Counted from the stretch's first letter, positions 39,822 to 52,648 are shown. The stretch: DNA of 64,000 bases from Octopus vulgaris (GCA_951406725.2 OX597830.1:45818001-45882000); one strand, 5' to 3'. Notes: generated from the sequence alone by a model not told the origin. Numbers and translations are program-made.

Positions 39822-40539
39822 TTAATTGCTTGAATAGAAATATATAATTTAATGTTCCTAAGGTTTTCAAAATCGGAAATTTTCATGGAGAGAGAAATTT
39901 AAGCTGTACTTGTTTTTTATAAGAACCACAAAGGCATATTGTTCCTATATCTGAGACAGCTGCTACACACAAAAATAATTCTTAAATACATCAAAAACAA
40001 AGACTTCTGACTGATTGGCATGAGCTCATTCAGAAACCAAACTCCAACCTTTGGCCCACAGGCGTTACGTCGTCTTTTCACTGCCCATTCTACTGAATCT
40101 ACAACAGCTTCTGCCATTCCTAAGCCATCCAGTTGCATACCTCCTCCACTTAAGCCCACTCACTTTTCATTACCCATTTGGGATCCTGCTCCTTTTTCTC
40201 AACACCATTGAACACTCTGAAATTACCTTCCTACTTGCAACTCCTGCAGACAATCTGAATGTCACTCATATCAATTTCACTTGTCTTGGAGGGCTTTCAA
40301 ATGTCATGGGTACAGACCCTTCCCTCTGGTTAAAACCATTTAAAAAATTATAGTTCCGGAGTTGTTTTTCTGGTTGTCTGTTCTTGCAGCATTTTATATA
40401 TATGCACACACATACATACAGTGTCATCATTATCATCACCGCCACCGTCGCCAGTGTACAAGAAGGAGTTCACCAAGTCTCAGTTCTCAGCCTCCTCTTG
40501 CTTATCTTAGTTCTCCAGGCCTTAACATAAGAATTCAAG

Positions 40540-42034
40540 ACTGGCTGCCCCTAGGATCTCCTCTATACTGATGAACTGGTTCTTATAGCTGAATCACTAC
40601 CAGACCTAGAGAAGAAATTTCAGGTGTGGAAGCAAGGCCTGGAATCTAAGGGCCACAGAGTTAATTTAGCAAAAACTGAAGTCCTAGTAAGTAGGAAAAC
40701 AGACAAATCACAAGTCCCTTCAGGGAGATAGCCCTGCTCAATACGTAAGAAAGGTGTTGGTAGAAACTCCATATGTTGTACCTAGTGCAAGTTTTAGAAG
40801 CATAAGAGGTGTAGCAGTATCACAGGAAGGTTAACAAAGAATAGTCTTTGTGTGTGGAAAATGTGCAGGTACAATAAGCACTAACAATGCAGACAACAGG
40901 CTCCCTCAAACGTTCAGGGTATCGTTAGAAGGCAGCGAGCTGGCAGAAACGTTAGCATGCCAGGCGAAATGCGTAGCCGTATTTCATCTGCCATTATGTT
41001 CTGAGTTCAAATTCCGCCGAGGTCGACTTTGCCTTTCATCCTTTCGGGGTCGATTAAATAAGTACCAGTTACGCACTGGGGTCGATATAATCGACTTAAT
41101 CCGTTTGTCTGTCTTTGTTTGTCCCCTCTGTGTTTGGCCCCTTGTGGGTAGTAAAGAAATAGGTATCATTAGAAGTAGTTGATAGCTTCTGTTACCTAGG
41201 AGACCAAGTTGGTAGTGGTAGAGGAAATTCTGAAAGTGTAGTTGCTAGAATAAGAAAGGGCTGGGCAAAGTTCAGAGAGCTTCTACCTATGTTAGTAACT
41301 AAGGGCCCCTCCCTCAGAGAGAAAGGCAGATTGTATAATGCCTTATATGCACAGCTATGTTACATGGCAGTGAAACATGGGCTTTGGACTACAGAGGACA
41401 TGTGAAGACTTGAAAGAAATTAAGCTAGCAGGCTCTGCTGGATGGGTAATGTCAGTGTGCACACACGGCCGTGTAAATGATTTAAGAGGAAAACTGGGTA
41501 CAAGAGGCATGAGATGTTGTGCACAAGAGAGAAGGCGACTGTGCTGGTTTGGTCATGTGATGCAATGGATGAGGACAGCTGCATAAAGAAGTGGTGAGCT
41601 CTAATTGAGGTGGGTAGCTGAGGAAGGGATAGACTCAGGAAGATGTGGGATGAGGTGGTGAGAAAGGATCTTCGGACGCTGGGTCTCACTGAGGAAATGA
41701 CAAGGGACGGGGAAATGTGGAGATTTGCTGTACTTGGTCAGATGCATCAAGCTAAGTAATATCACTGTCTTCCACACGCAGTCCGTTTCTGGTGTCCATG
41801 TCACATAAAAAGCACTCGTGCTGGTGCTGGGTAAATGCACCCATACCAATGCAGCATAAAACCCACCCATGCCGGTGACATGTAAAAAGCACCCAGCACA
41901 CTGTTGTTAAGCAGTTGGCATTAGGAAAGGCAGCCGTCAAAACCATGCCACAACAAATAATTGGAGACTGACCAGCTTCATGTCAAACAGCCTAACTAAT
42001 GCCAACATGGAAAATGGACATTAAATGGTGATGA
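40540..42034 (+). mobile_element. 5'-truncated RTE-clade LINE with nested SINE
   Basis: Degenerate RT (CTCTATACTGATGAACTG = LYTDEL for YADD), Cys-rich insert, F.YLGD, RRRLCWFGHV, family 3' tail ending (GAT)n. Confidence 0.88.
40931..41161 (+). mobile_element. tRNA-derived SINE, family B, nested in the RTE LINE
   Basis: Head GGCAGCGAGCTGGCAGAA, B-box-like GAGTTCAAATTCC, core GCCTTTCATCCTTTCGGGGTCGAT..AAGTACC; TSD GGTATC(G/A)TTAGAA at 40918-40930 and 41162-41174. Confidence 0.9.
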
Positions 42035-42989
42035 TTTTTTTTTTATATGTCTCTAAATTCTATAGTTGGGCACAGTTAATTGAATCAAAACTATAAATGG
42101 ACTAAAGACAATGTTGATCCTACTGGAATTTGAACTCAGAATGTAAAAAAAAAGTCCAGTGCATGACTATAACACTTTTAAAACTACAATGGAATATATG
42201 AAATTATGAAAAAGCAACATGCCAATCAAAAAAAGTGTTTTGGAAAAGCAAGACTGTGCAAGCTACATTTGAAAAAAATATATATTTAAATATACATATA
42301 GGAACAAATCTAAGATTAAAACTGTTGGAAATATGACTACATTGGAGTGATATTTTTAACTAATCAAGGTCAAAATGTTAGAATGTGATACTAGTGAATA
42401 ATTCTTTTTTCAACAAAAAAAATAATTCATCTTATTATATTACACTTGAACCTATTGACTAATGGTTAAATTAGTAGATAAAATCTAGTACTGCTTATAT
42501 GTGTATGTGCATGAGGGGGAGAGAGAGAGAGAGTGTGTCTTTTAATGAAGGAATTCCAATATTTTCACTGCCATTAAATAACATTAGAGCATTCCAGCTG
42601 AATTATGTTTTTTTCTCTGGTTAGTTGATATTTAAGTCAAGTCAGACTTGAATTTATACTTGCCTTCAGGAAATAACTACTACTGTGATTTTACAAATAT
42701 TTATATAAAATTTGAAGTAGATATTCAAGCAGTCATCTCGTGGGGTATACACAATTAAGTTATTATATATTGTTTGAATGATGCTTTCTCAAATAGGTAT
42801 GAAACCTAAAAATATTCAAAGCTAAAAAAATACATAGTGATGATAGCAATGTTTCCTAAATATAATCATAGATTGTACAGCTTTCCCAGAAATTACAATG
42901 CTCACTACAACCAATTTAATAATATTTTTCTATATCAATTTTTTTGTGGGGAGGGGGGGAGGGGAAGAAAGGTTATGGACTAGTTAGAC

Positions 42990-43307
42990 CAGTGGATCTC
43001 AATAACTTTTTACCAATGTACCCCTTTGATGTTTAAAAACTAATTTTATAGATACTTCTTTCCAAATTTCTACTTTGCTTTCCACATATTCACTTTTGTA
43101 GGTTGGACCATATAAAACATTACAAAAAGAAACCTAGCTCTTTCTGGCAATAACTACATCAAAATTAAAAAATTTTTCATGGACCCTTAGAATACTATTG
43201 TGAATCCCTAATTCTACTATTTTGCTTGCATGGATCCACAAAAAAAAAATCATTTATGCCCCCACCTCACTCCCAGGGATCATAACGACCCCAGTTAAGA
43301 GCCACTG
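42990..43307. mobile_element. hAT MITE
   Basis: TIRs CAGTGGATCTCAA...TTAAGAGCCACTG; perfect 8-bp TSD AGTTAGAC at 42982-42989 and 43308-43315. Confidence 0.88.
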
Positions 43308-43739
43308 AGTTAGACAAAGACCTTTTGGTGGGACTATTGAAGGGAATAGAAAAAGAAATACATCATGGGTTATTCTCATCCCAGATATCTGACCTAAATG
43401 CTTGCAACAGAATGAACTTTGCTGAAGATATTTAAAACCAAGTGGCAGTGGCAGTATTAAACAAGAAATAAATAAGGTCTGTCACCCAACAACAGACATG
43501 GTCCTTCCAATAAGTTTCTACACAAAGTTTGCTATATTTTTCTGCATCAGATTATTAAGTCTTGAATTAATACAGATTCTTCCGCTTTGATTGTGCCTTG
43601 CTGAAGATGGCTATCTCCAAAACAGGAATGAAACATATGACCAAGATCATCTAAAATAAAGATGCTGCATAGTAGTACCTTCAGTTAATATAAATAAATA
43701 TTAATATATATTCCGATATTTTGATATAAAATACCTTTT

Positions 43740-44408
43740 CTCAAAGTTCAAAAGAGAACAACAAATTCAAATGAGGAAACTTTCAACTACAGACACCTAA
43801 GAAAAAAGTTAATGGAAACAAGATTCCGTTCATTAACACACACAGTCCTGGAATAACCAACATCTTTCATGTCATAAAACTGAACTTACCTAAACTCCTA
43901 CAAACCCCCAAAATGAAAGCTCTGATTGAAAAAAAACACCTTATGGAATAGCAGATGCCAACCAAGAAATCTTAAAAAACACCTCACAAGGGTAGAATTC
44001 AAATCAGAGAATGAATCAGAATTCTTAGTAAAAGAATGTGGAGATAGGAGATGTGAAACATGCAACAATATCAACAACTTCAAATAATTGGAAAGTGGTT
44101 CTCACATAAAATAAATGCAGATATGAACTGCAAAATACAAAAGCTCATATACTGCATTACCTGCCCAAACTGCAAAGAAAATTACATTGGTGAAACAAAT
44201 AATTCTCTCTGCCAACATGCAAGAATCCACAGGAACCTATCCAACAAGAAGTATTACACAAGATTCCATTAGTAAGCATCTGGAAATATGCAGCGATGGA
44301 AAATTCAAAATTTTTCCCTTTTACAAAAGTGCACAGGACGATCCGCAATACCGAAAAGCAATGGAACTACAGTTCATCAAAAAATTCTCTCCAAAATTGT
44401 ATGTTTGA
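43740..44408 (+). mobile_element. Penelope-like element fragment: Cys-rich linker and GIY-YIG endonuclease, pseudogenised
   Basis: Peptides KECGDRRCETC, MNCKIQKLIYCITCPNCKENYIGETNNSL..ARIHR, ISKHLEIC..RKAMELQFIKKFSPKL; frameshifts. Confidence 0.85.
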
Positions 44409-45077
44409 AAGAAAAGCAGAGAGAGTACATTTTCTAAGTGGTATACTAATGTTCTCTAACGCAAAATCATAGAATTGAAAGAGGCGTGATCGAAGTTACA
44501 AAGTATAACATGAACATGTTCCCAAACACACACTCACACACTCACAAATATGCATACACTCACACACATACAGAAACATGCATGCATACACACACACACC
44601 ACACACTTCATCAAGGGATTCTCCCTAAAATTGAATGTTTGAAGGTAAAGTGGAGAATTTGAATTCTTTATTCCAAATGTGGCTCATCTCTACAAATGTT
44701 CAGATATATATATGTATAGCATTTGGATGTTTTAGCTTTACGTATATATATATATATATACGCTTGGCCCCCATGCCGGTGGCACGTAAAAAGCACCATC
44801 CGATCGTGGCCATTGCCAGACTTGCCTGGCCCCCGTGCCGGTGGCACGTAAAAAGCACCATCCGTCCGTGACCGTTTGCCAGCTCCGTCTGGCACCTGTG
44901 CGGGTGGCATGTAAAAAGCACCCACTACACTCACGGAGTGGTTGGCGTTAGGAAGTGCATCCAGCCGTAGAAACACTGCCAGATCAGACTGGGCCTGATG
45001 CAGCCTTCTGGCTTCACAGACCCCAGTTGAACCGTCCAACCCATGCTAGCATGGAAAGCGGACGCTAAATGATGATG

Positions 45078-45129
<52 letters not shown>

Positions 45130-45189
45130 CTGTATATATGTGTGTGTTTGTGTGTGTATATATGTATGTGTATGTATTTATATATACAT

Positions 45190-45220
<31 letters not shown>

Positions 45221-45963
45221 TCGTTTTATTTTAGTTACTGATTGATTTTTCAAATTGTTAATTTGCACATATCATACTAATGTATTTTCATGCAGAACGA
45301 CACTTTATCAAAACATTCTCTCCAAAAATGAATGTTTGGAAGGGGTATATTCTAAATATAACTCAAAGAGGAGAAAAAGAAAGGAGGAAAAATGAAAGAA
45401 GGAAAAAAGGGGGAAGAGAGGAAGAAAACAAAATGACTTTCAGTGATGACCAATCTGGTCATCATCCTTAAATCCATTCCAATACAATGATAAAGGACTA
45501 AGTAAATAAATGAATGAATGGTGAATAGGAAGGGGGATACCCCTTTTCTCTCTCTCTTTCCCTCTACCCATCTGTTTGTCGGTCTGTCTGTCTATCTATC
45601 AGCCTATCTACCTTCCTATATTTTTATCTATCCCTCTCCATTGTCATGGAACCTCACCCAAAAAAACAAAAACAATGTTCTCTTCAAAACAAAACCCAAA
45701 AAAAACATGTTTTATATAAATGAAAGAACTGTTTGTACATTCACAAAATTTTATTTGACAAGTTCTAGAAAGGAATGTAAGTGCTAACAACAATGAAAAA
45801 ATAAATTCTGGATATCATCATCATCACACATACTTAGTGGTTCGGCAAAAGAGACCAATAGAATAAGTACTAGGCTTACAAAGAATAAGACCTGTGGTCA
45901 ATTTGTTCGAGTCATTTGACTGCATGGCCACAGTCAAATGACTCAAACAAGTAAAAGACTATA

Positions 45964-46000
<37 letters not shown>

Positions 46001-46243
46001 CATACATATATATACATACATATATTGAGGTTATGAGCGGTATGGTGTCAAGAAGACCCAAAGGTGTCAGGTAATGCTGAGTAAGTGCTATGGACAGACT
46101 ATAGTTAAGCTCCAGGTTCAGAGATTATGTGAATGAGGAGTCCAACGTAAGTCATATATCAGCATGTGTATATACAAAAAAATGAACAGAATGAGATGAA
46201 AATCCAAGGCTGTGAAAGATTTCAAAACATTTATAAAGAGAAG

Positions 46244-46291
46244 GTCTTACAGCTGTTTCCGGGATATTTTACATATCCCTTCATTGGAGAC
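46244..46291 (-). ncRNA. Degenerate minimal type I hammerhead ribozyme-like motif
   Basis: Minus strand GTCT-CCAATGA-A-GGGATAT-gtaaa-ATATCCC-G-GAAA-CAGCTG-TA-AGAC; stems I and II pair, palindromic stem III, two core mismatches to CUGANGA. Confidence 0.5.
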
Positions 46292-46850
46292 GGTGTAAGA
46301 AAATGGTTAAGCAATAGTTATTCTAGATAAGATATGAAATAGAGAGTGAAGTGGAGGAATGAAAATAGATGTGAAATATGCAGGGATATTGTATCTGCAA
46401 TTCCATTATTCAGGCAGAATGGTATACATATAAGATTCCTGTACCTTGTGTATAAGTTCCAATAGTATTTAAAATTGGTCATTCCAAGCATAGAGTTTGT
46501 AAACGGTGTTATTGAATCGAGGGTTTTTTTTTGAAGTGACTTAAAAGTTGGAAGTGTGTTTGTAATGTCAAATCAAAAACAGGAAAAGAAGAAAAAGGAA
46601 AGAAAAAAAAGAAAAGCAGGGAGAAAGATAAAAAAGGAATGAAAAAAGGGAAAGTGTACTGGTTAGTGGTCAGTCAAGATAAATTAATAGAAGAATGGGG
46701 AACAGCTTGGGTTTCAGGGGACCACAACTGAAAGCTGTAATTAACTTAGTAAAAAAATAAAGGGAAAGTTTACGAAAATAAACAAAAGACAAAGGCAGGT
46801 GGTGTACAAACAAACAGATGTATTAGTATAGCGCTCAGTAATAGAAAAAG

Positions 46851-46888
46851 TCTTTTACGTTTCGAGCCTACGCTCTTCTACAGAAAGA
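46851..46888 (-). ncRNA. Minimal type I hammerhead ribozyme-like motif (Penelope-type)
   Basis: Minus strand TCTTT-CTGTAGA-A-GAGC-gtag-GCTC-GAAA-CG-TA-AAAGA; perfect 5-bp stem I and 4-bp stem II, palindromic ACGT in place of stem III; core has U at position 6. Confidence 0.6.
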
Positions 46889-47240
46889 TACACATAAAAA
46901 AACAAGGAGAGTAAAAAAATGTGTGTAGTAGCTAACAATCTATCATGGCGTCTGGTAAAAAAATAACCTGATAGATTCCTGAAACCTTTATTTGGATATA
47001 AAGTTTTGAAGTTCAAACAATCAAATTTCAAAGAATTCATCTAGCATCATCATTTCTGATAAATGTAAATGAAAATTTTTTTCTAGAATACACATTCAAA
47101 TACTTTATATTCTTTTTTTGGGGATAATTTAAGAAATTGAAAAGTTACTTCAAGTAAAACAATCAAATTTCAATGATTTGCCAAACAAATGCTATCAAGT
47201 GAACTATTTTTGTAATTCAAGTTTAAAAATCAATAAGAAA

Positions 47241-47275
<35 letters not shown>

Positions 47276-47282
<7 letters not shown>

Positions 47283-47806
47283 ATCCAAACAAAGGACAAA
47301 CAAGAAAAAATAATAACATGAGAACGTGGTACAAGTACTGTATTATCAGACGCTCAGGAAAGGAAGGAAAGAGGATTTAATGTTTAGAGCCAAGCTCTTC
47401 TTTAGAAACAGAGGAAAGTCCAAAGGAAGGGAAGACAGAGGAAGAGAATTGCCAACGATACACACGCAGTTAATGGTGGTGACAAAAAGGAAAAGAGAAA
47501 GAAGGAAGGAGAGTGGAAGTAGAACAGAAGATAGGTAGAAGGAGGACGAGATAAAGTGGAAGAGTCACAGACAAATTGTAATGATTCCCATTCAAGGTGC
47601 AGAAATGGCGTAATCCGAATGAACAGGAACAGTAATCTCAAGGTAGAAGAATTCTGCGAATTAGGTACTCCAAAGTCAGTCAGAAGGCCGGGGTCCGTGT
47701 GAGCGTGCAGTATATAGTGAATCCAAACAAAGAAGGACAAACAAGAAAAAACAATAATGAGAGGACATGGTACAAGTACTGTATTATCAGATGCTCAGAA
47801 AAGGAA
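47276..47806 (-). mobile_element. Short non-autonomous element with ~90-bp terminal direct repeats and a decayed hammerhead-like motif
   Basis: TATAGTGAATCCAAACAA..GGACAAACAAG...TGGTACAAGTACTGTATTATCAGA.GCTCAG at about 47276-47360 and 47714-47806; minus-strand GTTT-CTAAAGA-A-GAGC-ttg-GCTC-TAAA-CATT-AAAT at about 47375-47409. Confidence 0.6.
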
Positions 47807-48212
47807 ATATATATATATATATACATATAGAGAGAGAGAGAGAATTTCTTGCATATAACACACCAAAAGACCTGTTAGTTCAGAATTATAAAAGTAAATA
47901 TGGGAGAGAGCAAAACTTCTCATAAGCAGATACAATATTCCTCCCAAAACAGTTTGTAAGCAACTGTAGCTGAAATAATCCAAATTCATAATGTCATAAT
48001 GATATTAAATTGTGTACTTAAAACCTTTACTGCAAAAAGCAAAGAAGTTAGTCAACCTATATGTTACATGTAAGAAATACTATGTTTCTGACATACCTTA
48101 TTCGATATTTTCAATCCATTTTTCTTTTTTTTAAAACAGCTAAAATTCATTGGTTGTGATTAACAGAGCTAAATTAAAATTTTTCTCACGTCTATCAAAT
48201 TCCTCTTTCACA

Positions 48213-49990
48213 CACACACAGATAAGGCAATTAAGGATTTGAAGACAGGGAAAGCCCCTGGTCCATTGGGAGTCACCACTGAGATGCTTAAAATATTTGG
48301 CAGAGCAGGATACAGTATAGTCACCCACGTAGTTAATCAAATTATTCAGGAAGGTGTCATCCTCAATGACTGGTGTTGCTGCATTATAAGTCAGCAGCCA
48401 CAAGCATTAAGGAGATGCATTAGATAGAAGTAATTACAGAAGCATCAAGTTGCTGGACCAGGTCATGAAAGTTATGGAAAGAGTTACAACCCAATTAATT
48501 AGGAACAGAATCAGATTAGATGAAATGCAGTTTGGCTTTGCGCCGGCAAGAAGCACTACTGGTGCTATTTTTATAGTCAGGCGACTGCAGCAGAAGTATT
48601 TAGCTAAGAATAAACCATTGTACTTCATGTTTGCTGAGTTGGAGAAAGCCTTTGACAGAGTAACCCGCTGTGTAATATGGTGGGCTCTGAGGAAGCTAGG
48701 GGTAAACGTGTGGCTTCTAAATGCCGTACTAGTCATGTACAAAGGTTTTGTCAGTAAGGTGAGAGATAACCATGAGTATAATGATGAATTTAGTGTACAG
48801 GTAGGCATTCATTAGGGTTCAGTTATTAGTCCCTTCCTATTCATCCTTGTCCTCCAGGCCATAACAGAGGAATTCAAGAATGGCTGCCCCTGGGAACTGT
48901 TATATGCTGATGAGCTTGCTCTTATAGTATATTGTGTAACAGAACTAGAAAAGAAATGTCAGGTGTGGAAGCAAAACTGTGGATAAAAGGGCCTTAAGGT
49001 TAATTTAGCAAAGACTAATGTTCTAGTGAGCAAGAGAACAGACAGGACCCTTCCCTCATCAGGTAAATGGCCTTGATCAATTTGTAGGAAAGGTGTACCC
49101 AGTGCAAGATATGGACACACAAGAGATGCAGTGGAAGCACAGGTAGGTTTATGGAGAAAGTATTTGTGTGTGGAAGATGAACAGAGTCAAAAAGTTTATT
49201 GATACACAGGAAATTGATTTTCTCAAATGCTCCAGAGGCTCTCTAGAAGTACCTAATTAGCTGTGGAGGTGGGTATTTCAGGAGTTTAATTACTAGAATA
49301 ATAGGAGGGTGAAATCCAGAGAGCTTTTATCTCTGTTGGCAACCAAAGATCTCTCTCAGAGTAAATTAAAGATTGTATGATGCATGTGTACGAACAGCAA
49401 TGCTACAAGTGGTAGTGAGACACAAGCCCTGAATGCATAAGTGATGATGTTGGTATGCTTCATTGGATGCACAATGTCAGTGTATATGTGCAACAGAGCA
49501 CTAGTGTGCCGAGAGAAAAGTTAGGCATAAAAGGAATTAGATGCAGTGCGCTAGTTTGGTCATGTGATGTGAACAGATGTGGACAATTGCATACAGAAGT
49601 GTCGATCATGTAAAGTGGATGTAACTTGTGAAAGAGGGAGACTCAGGAAGATATGGGACAAAGTATTGAAGGCCAATCTTAAGACACAACCTTATGAAAG
49701 AGATGACAAAGGACTGAGATATCTAGTGCCTCACTGTTCTCAAGAAGACGTGTCCACCACAAGAGAATTGACACCAATGCTGCTGCCACATCCAAAGCAG
49801 TGGTGCTGGTGTCACATAAAAAGCACCCAGTCCACTCTGTGAAGTGGTTGGCATTAAGAAAGGCATCCAGCCATAGAAACCATGCCAGAACAGACAATGG
49901 AGTCTGGTGTGGCCCCTGGCCTTCCCAGTTCCTGTCAAACTGTCCAAACCATGCCAGCATGGAAAATAGATGTTAAATAATGATGATGAT
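48213..49990 (+). mobile_element. 5'-truncated RTE-clade LINE with most of the RT domain, pseudogenised
   Basis: KTGKAPGPLGVTTEMLK, QFGFAPARSTTGAIFIVRRLQQKY..PLYFMFAELEKAFDRV, GCPWELLYADEL; 3' tail ending (GAT)n. Confidence 0.92.
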
Positions 49991-51517
49991 ATATCAGAGA
50001 AAGGGACTCCATCGGGAGAAAATGCTTCAAGATATATTATAAATCTTAATATATTGTACTACTTATTCCAAATTATTGTTTCCAATATCATATCACCTTC
50101 TTCCATTTTTTACTATTTATGCCTCCGCCTATCAATTCTAGTCAGTAGAAAAGGAGAATAATTTCCAATAAAATTCAATCAAATCCATTTAAAACACCTG
50201 TGTCAAAAAAGAATCAAAATGCATCATATTCAGAAAAGATAAATTTCTGCTAATAAGGTGCCACCTGCACAGGAGCCAGTCTGGCGGCACTGGTAATGAC
50301 CACGCTTGAATGTTGTCTTTCATGTGCCAGTAAGGCAACACTGGCAACAATCATGCTCAAATGGTGCTTTTTACGTGCCACCAGCACAGGAGCCAGTCAG
50401 TGGCCCTGGCAACGATCATGCTCAGATGGTGCTTTTAACGCTCCATGGATGTTAAATGATGATGACGATGATGTGTCATTGCTAATGTTGTTAGCAATCT
50501 CAAACCAGTCTAGTGTTTTGCTACAGACAGAGTGCTGCCTCTAATATTTTACATGTTTGTAAAATACCTTTTGTTGTACTTTACTAATAGCTGTTAATCT
50601 GAAGTTTCTGAAACAGAAAAATGCATAATTGAAAATTTTGCATGCAACATGCTACCGAAATAGGCTGTAGAACAAGATTACACATCTAACAGAGAACTCA
50701 TGGCATTGAGCATGGAAACGAAAAAAAAAAAATACTCAACTCATCTTAACAGTTTATGTTTATAATTGTACCTTATAAGTTCAATGCTATTTCTGAAAAA
50801 GTTTATTGTTTGAGTATATTTTTTCAGAATGTATAAACACCACAAATAAAAATATGGTTTCTAGTTACTTATATTTCCTATCTATTCCCCCCTGGAACCT
50901 AAATGAAAAGTTTTGATTGTATTTCATGACAGCTTAGAGAAGATGATTTTAATGTTTTCCTTAATTTACTTTTTTTCCTATACAAGTTAGATGGAAAAAA
51001 ATATATATGTTCATGTTGAATAAGGTCAGCTGGAATATAATACATCACATTGCAGTTGGATCATTTGATAAAACACTATCCTAATTAATGCTTGCATAAA
51101 TGTCATAGCAATTGACTTTTCTTTCAGCTTATTTTGTAAGATAAATAAAAGTCATGAAAAATATATAAACCAGTTACAAAAATAAGTTTTGATATCAGAG
51201 TGCAAAATCCTAAAATCACACCCCAATGTCAAGATAGATTACATCCTGGTTGTACACTCCCAACAACTCACAGAATCAGCTATGTAAACTATTCACTGTC
51301 CCTGAAATAAAGTTTTAAAAATTAAACAAATTTAACAACACTTTATCAGCATTTTTTCTTGAAACAGCTGGTGAAATAACTAAATTACACCAATAGTATG
51401 AAAGGTCATTAAAATGTTGATCAAAGGGAAAAATCCAAGTCTTTGGCTATAAGAATTATCATTTATTTATTATTTGTTATAAAGGATAAAAAGGTAGGGG
51501 AGGGGGCGTCAAAGAAA

Positions 51518-51581
<64 letters not shown>

Positions 51582-51929
51582 GAAGAAACTGTTTAAATCT
51601 ACTTAGTGATACACCTAATTTATTCAGAGGATGAGAAATGCAAACTGAAGTCATGATAAAAAAAATTAAGGAAAAATAAATCTTGCACAATCCTGTGCTA
51701 GAATGATCATAAACCAATCAGGAAGTGAAATTCTATTTAAAGATTCTTTAATTCTGAATGCTCTACACGAGTAGAAAAGCATTTATGTGGTGTAATAAGT
51801 GTTGAATAAGAATACAAAATACAATTCTAATGAGAATTTAATACTATGATGCTAAGAGCCCATTTAGGCACCACTAGAGTAATGTCCAAATAATGCATTA
51901 CCAACTCATGTCAACAACACGCACACACA

Positions 51930-52372
51930 TATATATTGGCCAGCATAATCTGTAGCTGATCAGTGCTATGTTGTCAGTGAATCTTAGATGGATTTCAGGG
52001 ATTCGGTGGTTGGCCTGAAGGTCAACTGTACTAAAACCAAGTACACACAGTATGAAGGTGTAGCAATTTGTTGCCAAACAGTTGGAGGTGATGAAATAGA
52101 AGAGGTGAGCAGCTATGTGTATCTTGGTCAAGAAGTGACTATGGGGCAGGAGATGAAGAATGGGATCTCGTAAAGGGTAAGAGAAGGATGGAGAGTGTTC
52201 AACTCAGTGAAGGATGTGCTGAAGGTGAGCCTAGACAAGGCAACTCACGCCTATCTCTTCCAGAGCACAGTCTTGCCTACAATGTGAGACTTTGGCCACA
52301 ATGAAGAGAGAACAACAATATCTGCTTACGGCACAGGGAGCCATGCAAAGGTCGATGCTGGGAATCTCGCAA
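51930..52372 (+). mobile_element. RTE-like LINE fragment (different family) with inverted 5' piece
   Basis: Plus strand GLKVNCTKTKY..IEEVSSYVYLGQEV; adjacent minus strand HLRFTDNIALIS (LRFADD-like). Confidence 0.65.
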
Positions 52373-52588
52373 AGAGGGGCTGAACCTAGAACCCACAGTG
52401 AGACTGAATCTTGAACCATGTGGTTGGGAAGCAAGCTTCTTACCACACAGCTATGCCTGTGCTTATATATATATATACATAGATACATACATACGGATTG
52501 GAGTCTGGTTCAGCAGCCCTCAGTCACACCGTCCAATCCATGCCAGCATGGAAAGCAGACGTTAATTGATGGCGATGATGATATATAA

Positions 52589-52648
<60 letters not shown>

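Noticed and set aside
48090-48125. Strong minus-strand donor AAG|GTATGT as a possible upstream exon
   Set aside because: Nearby ATG frame hits TGA and is not in the required phase; no homology
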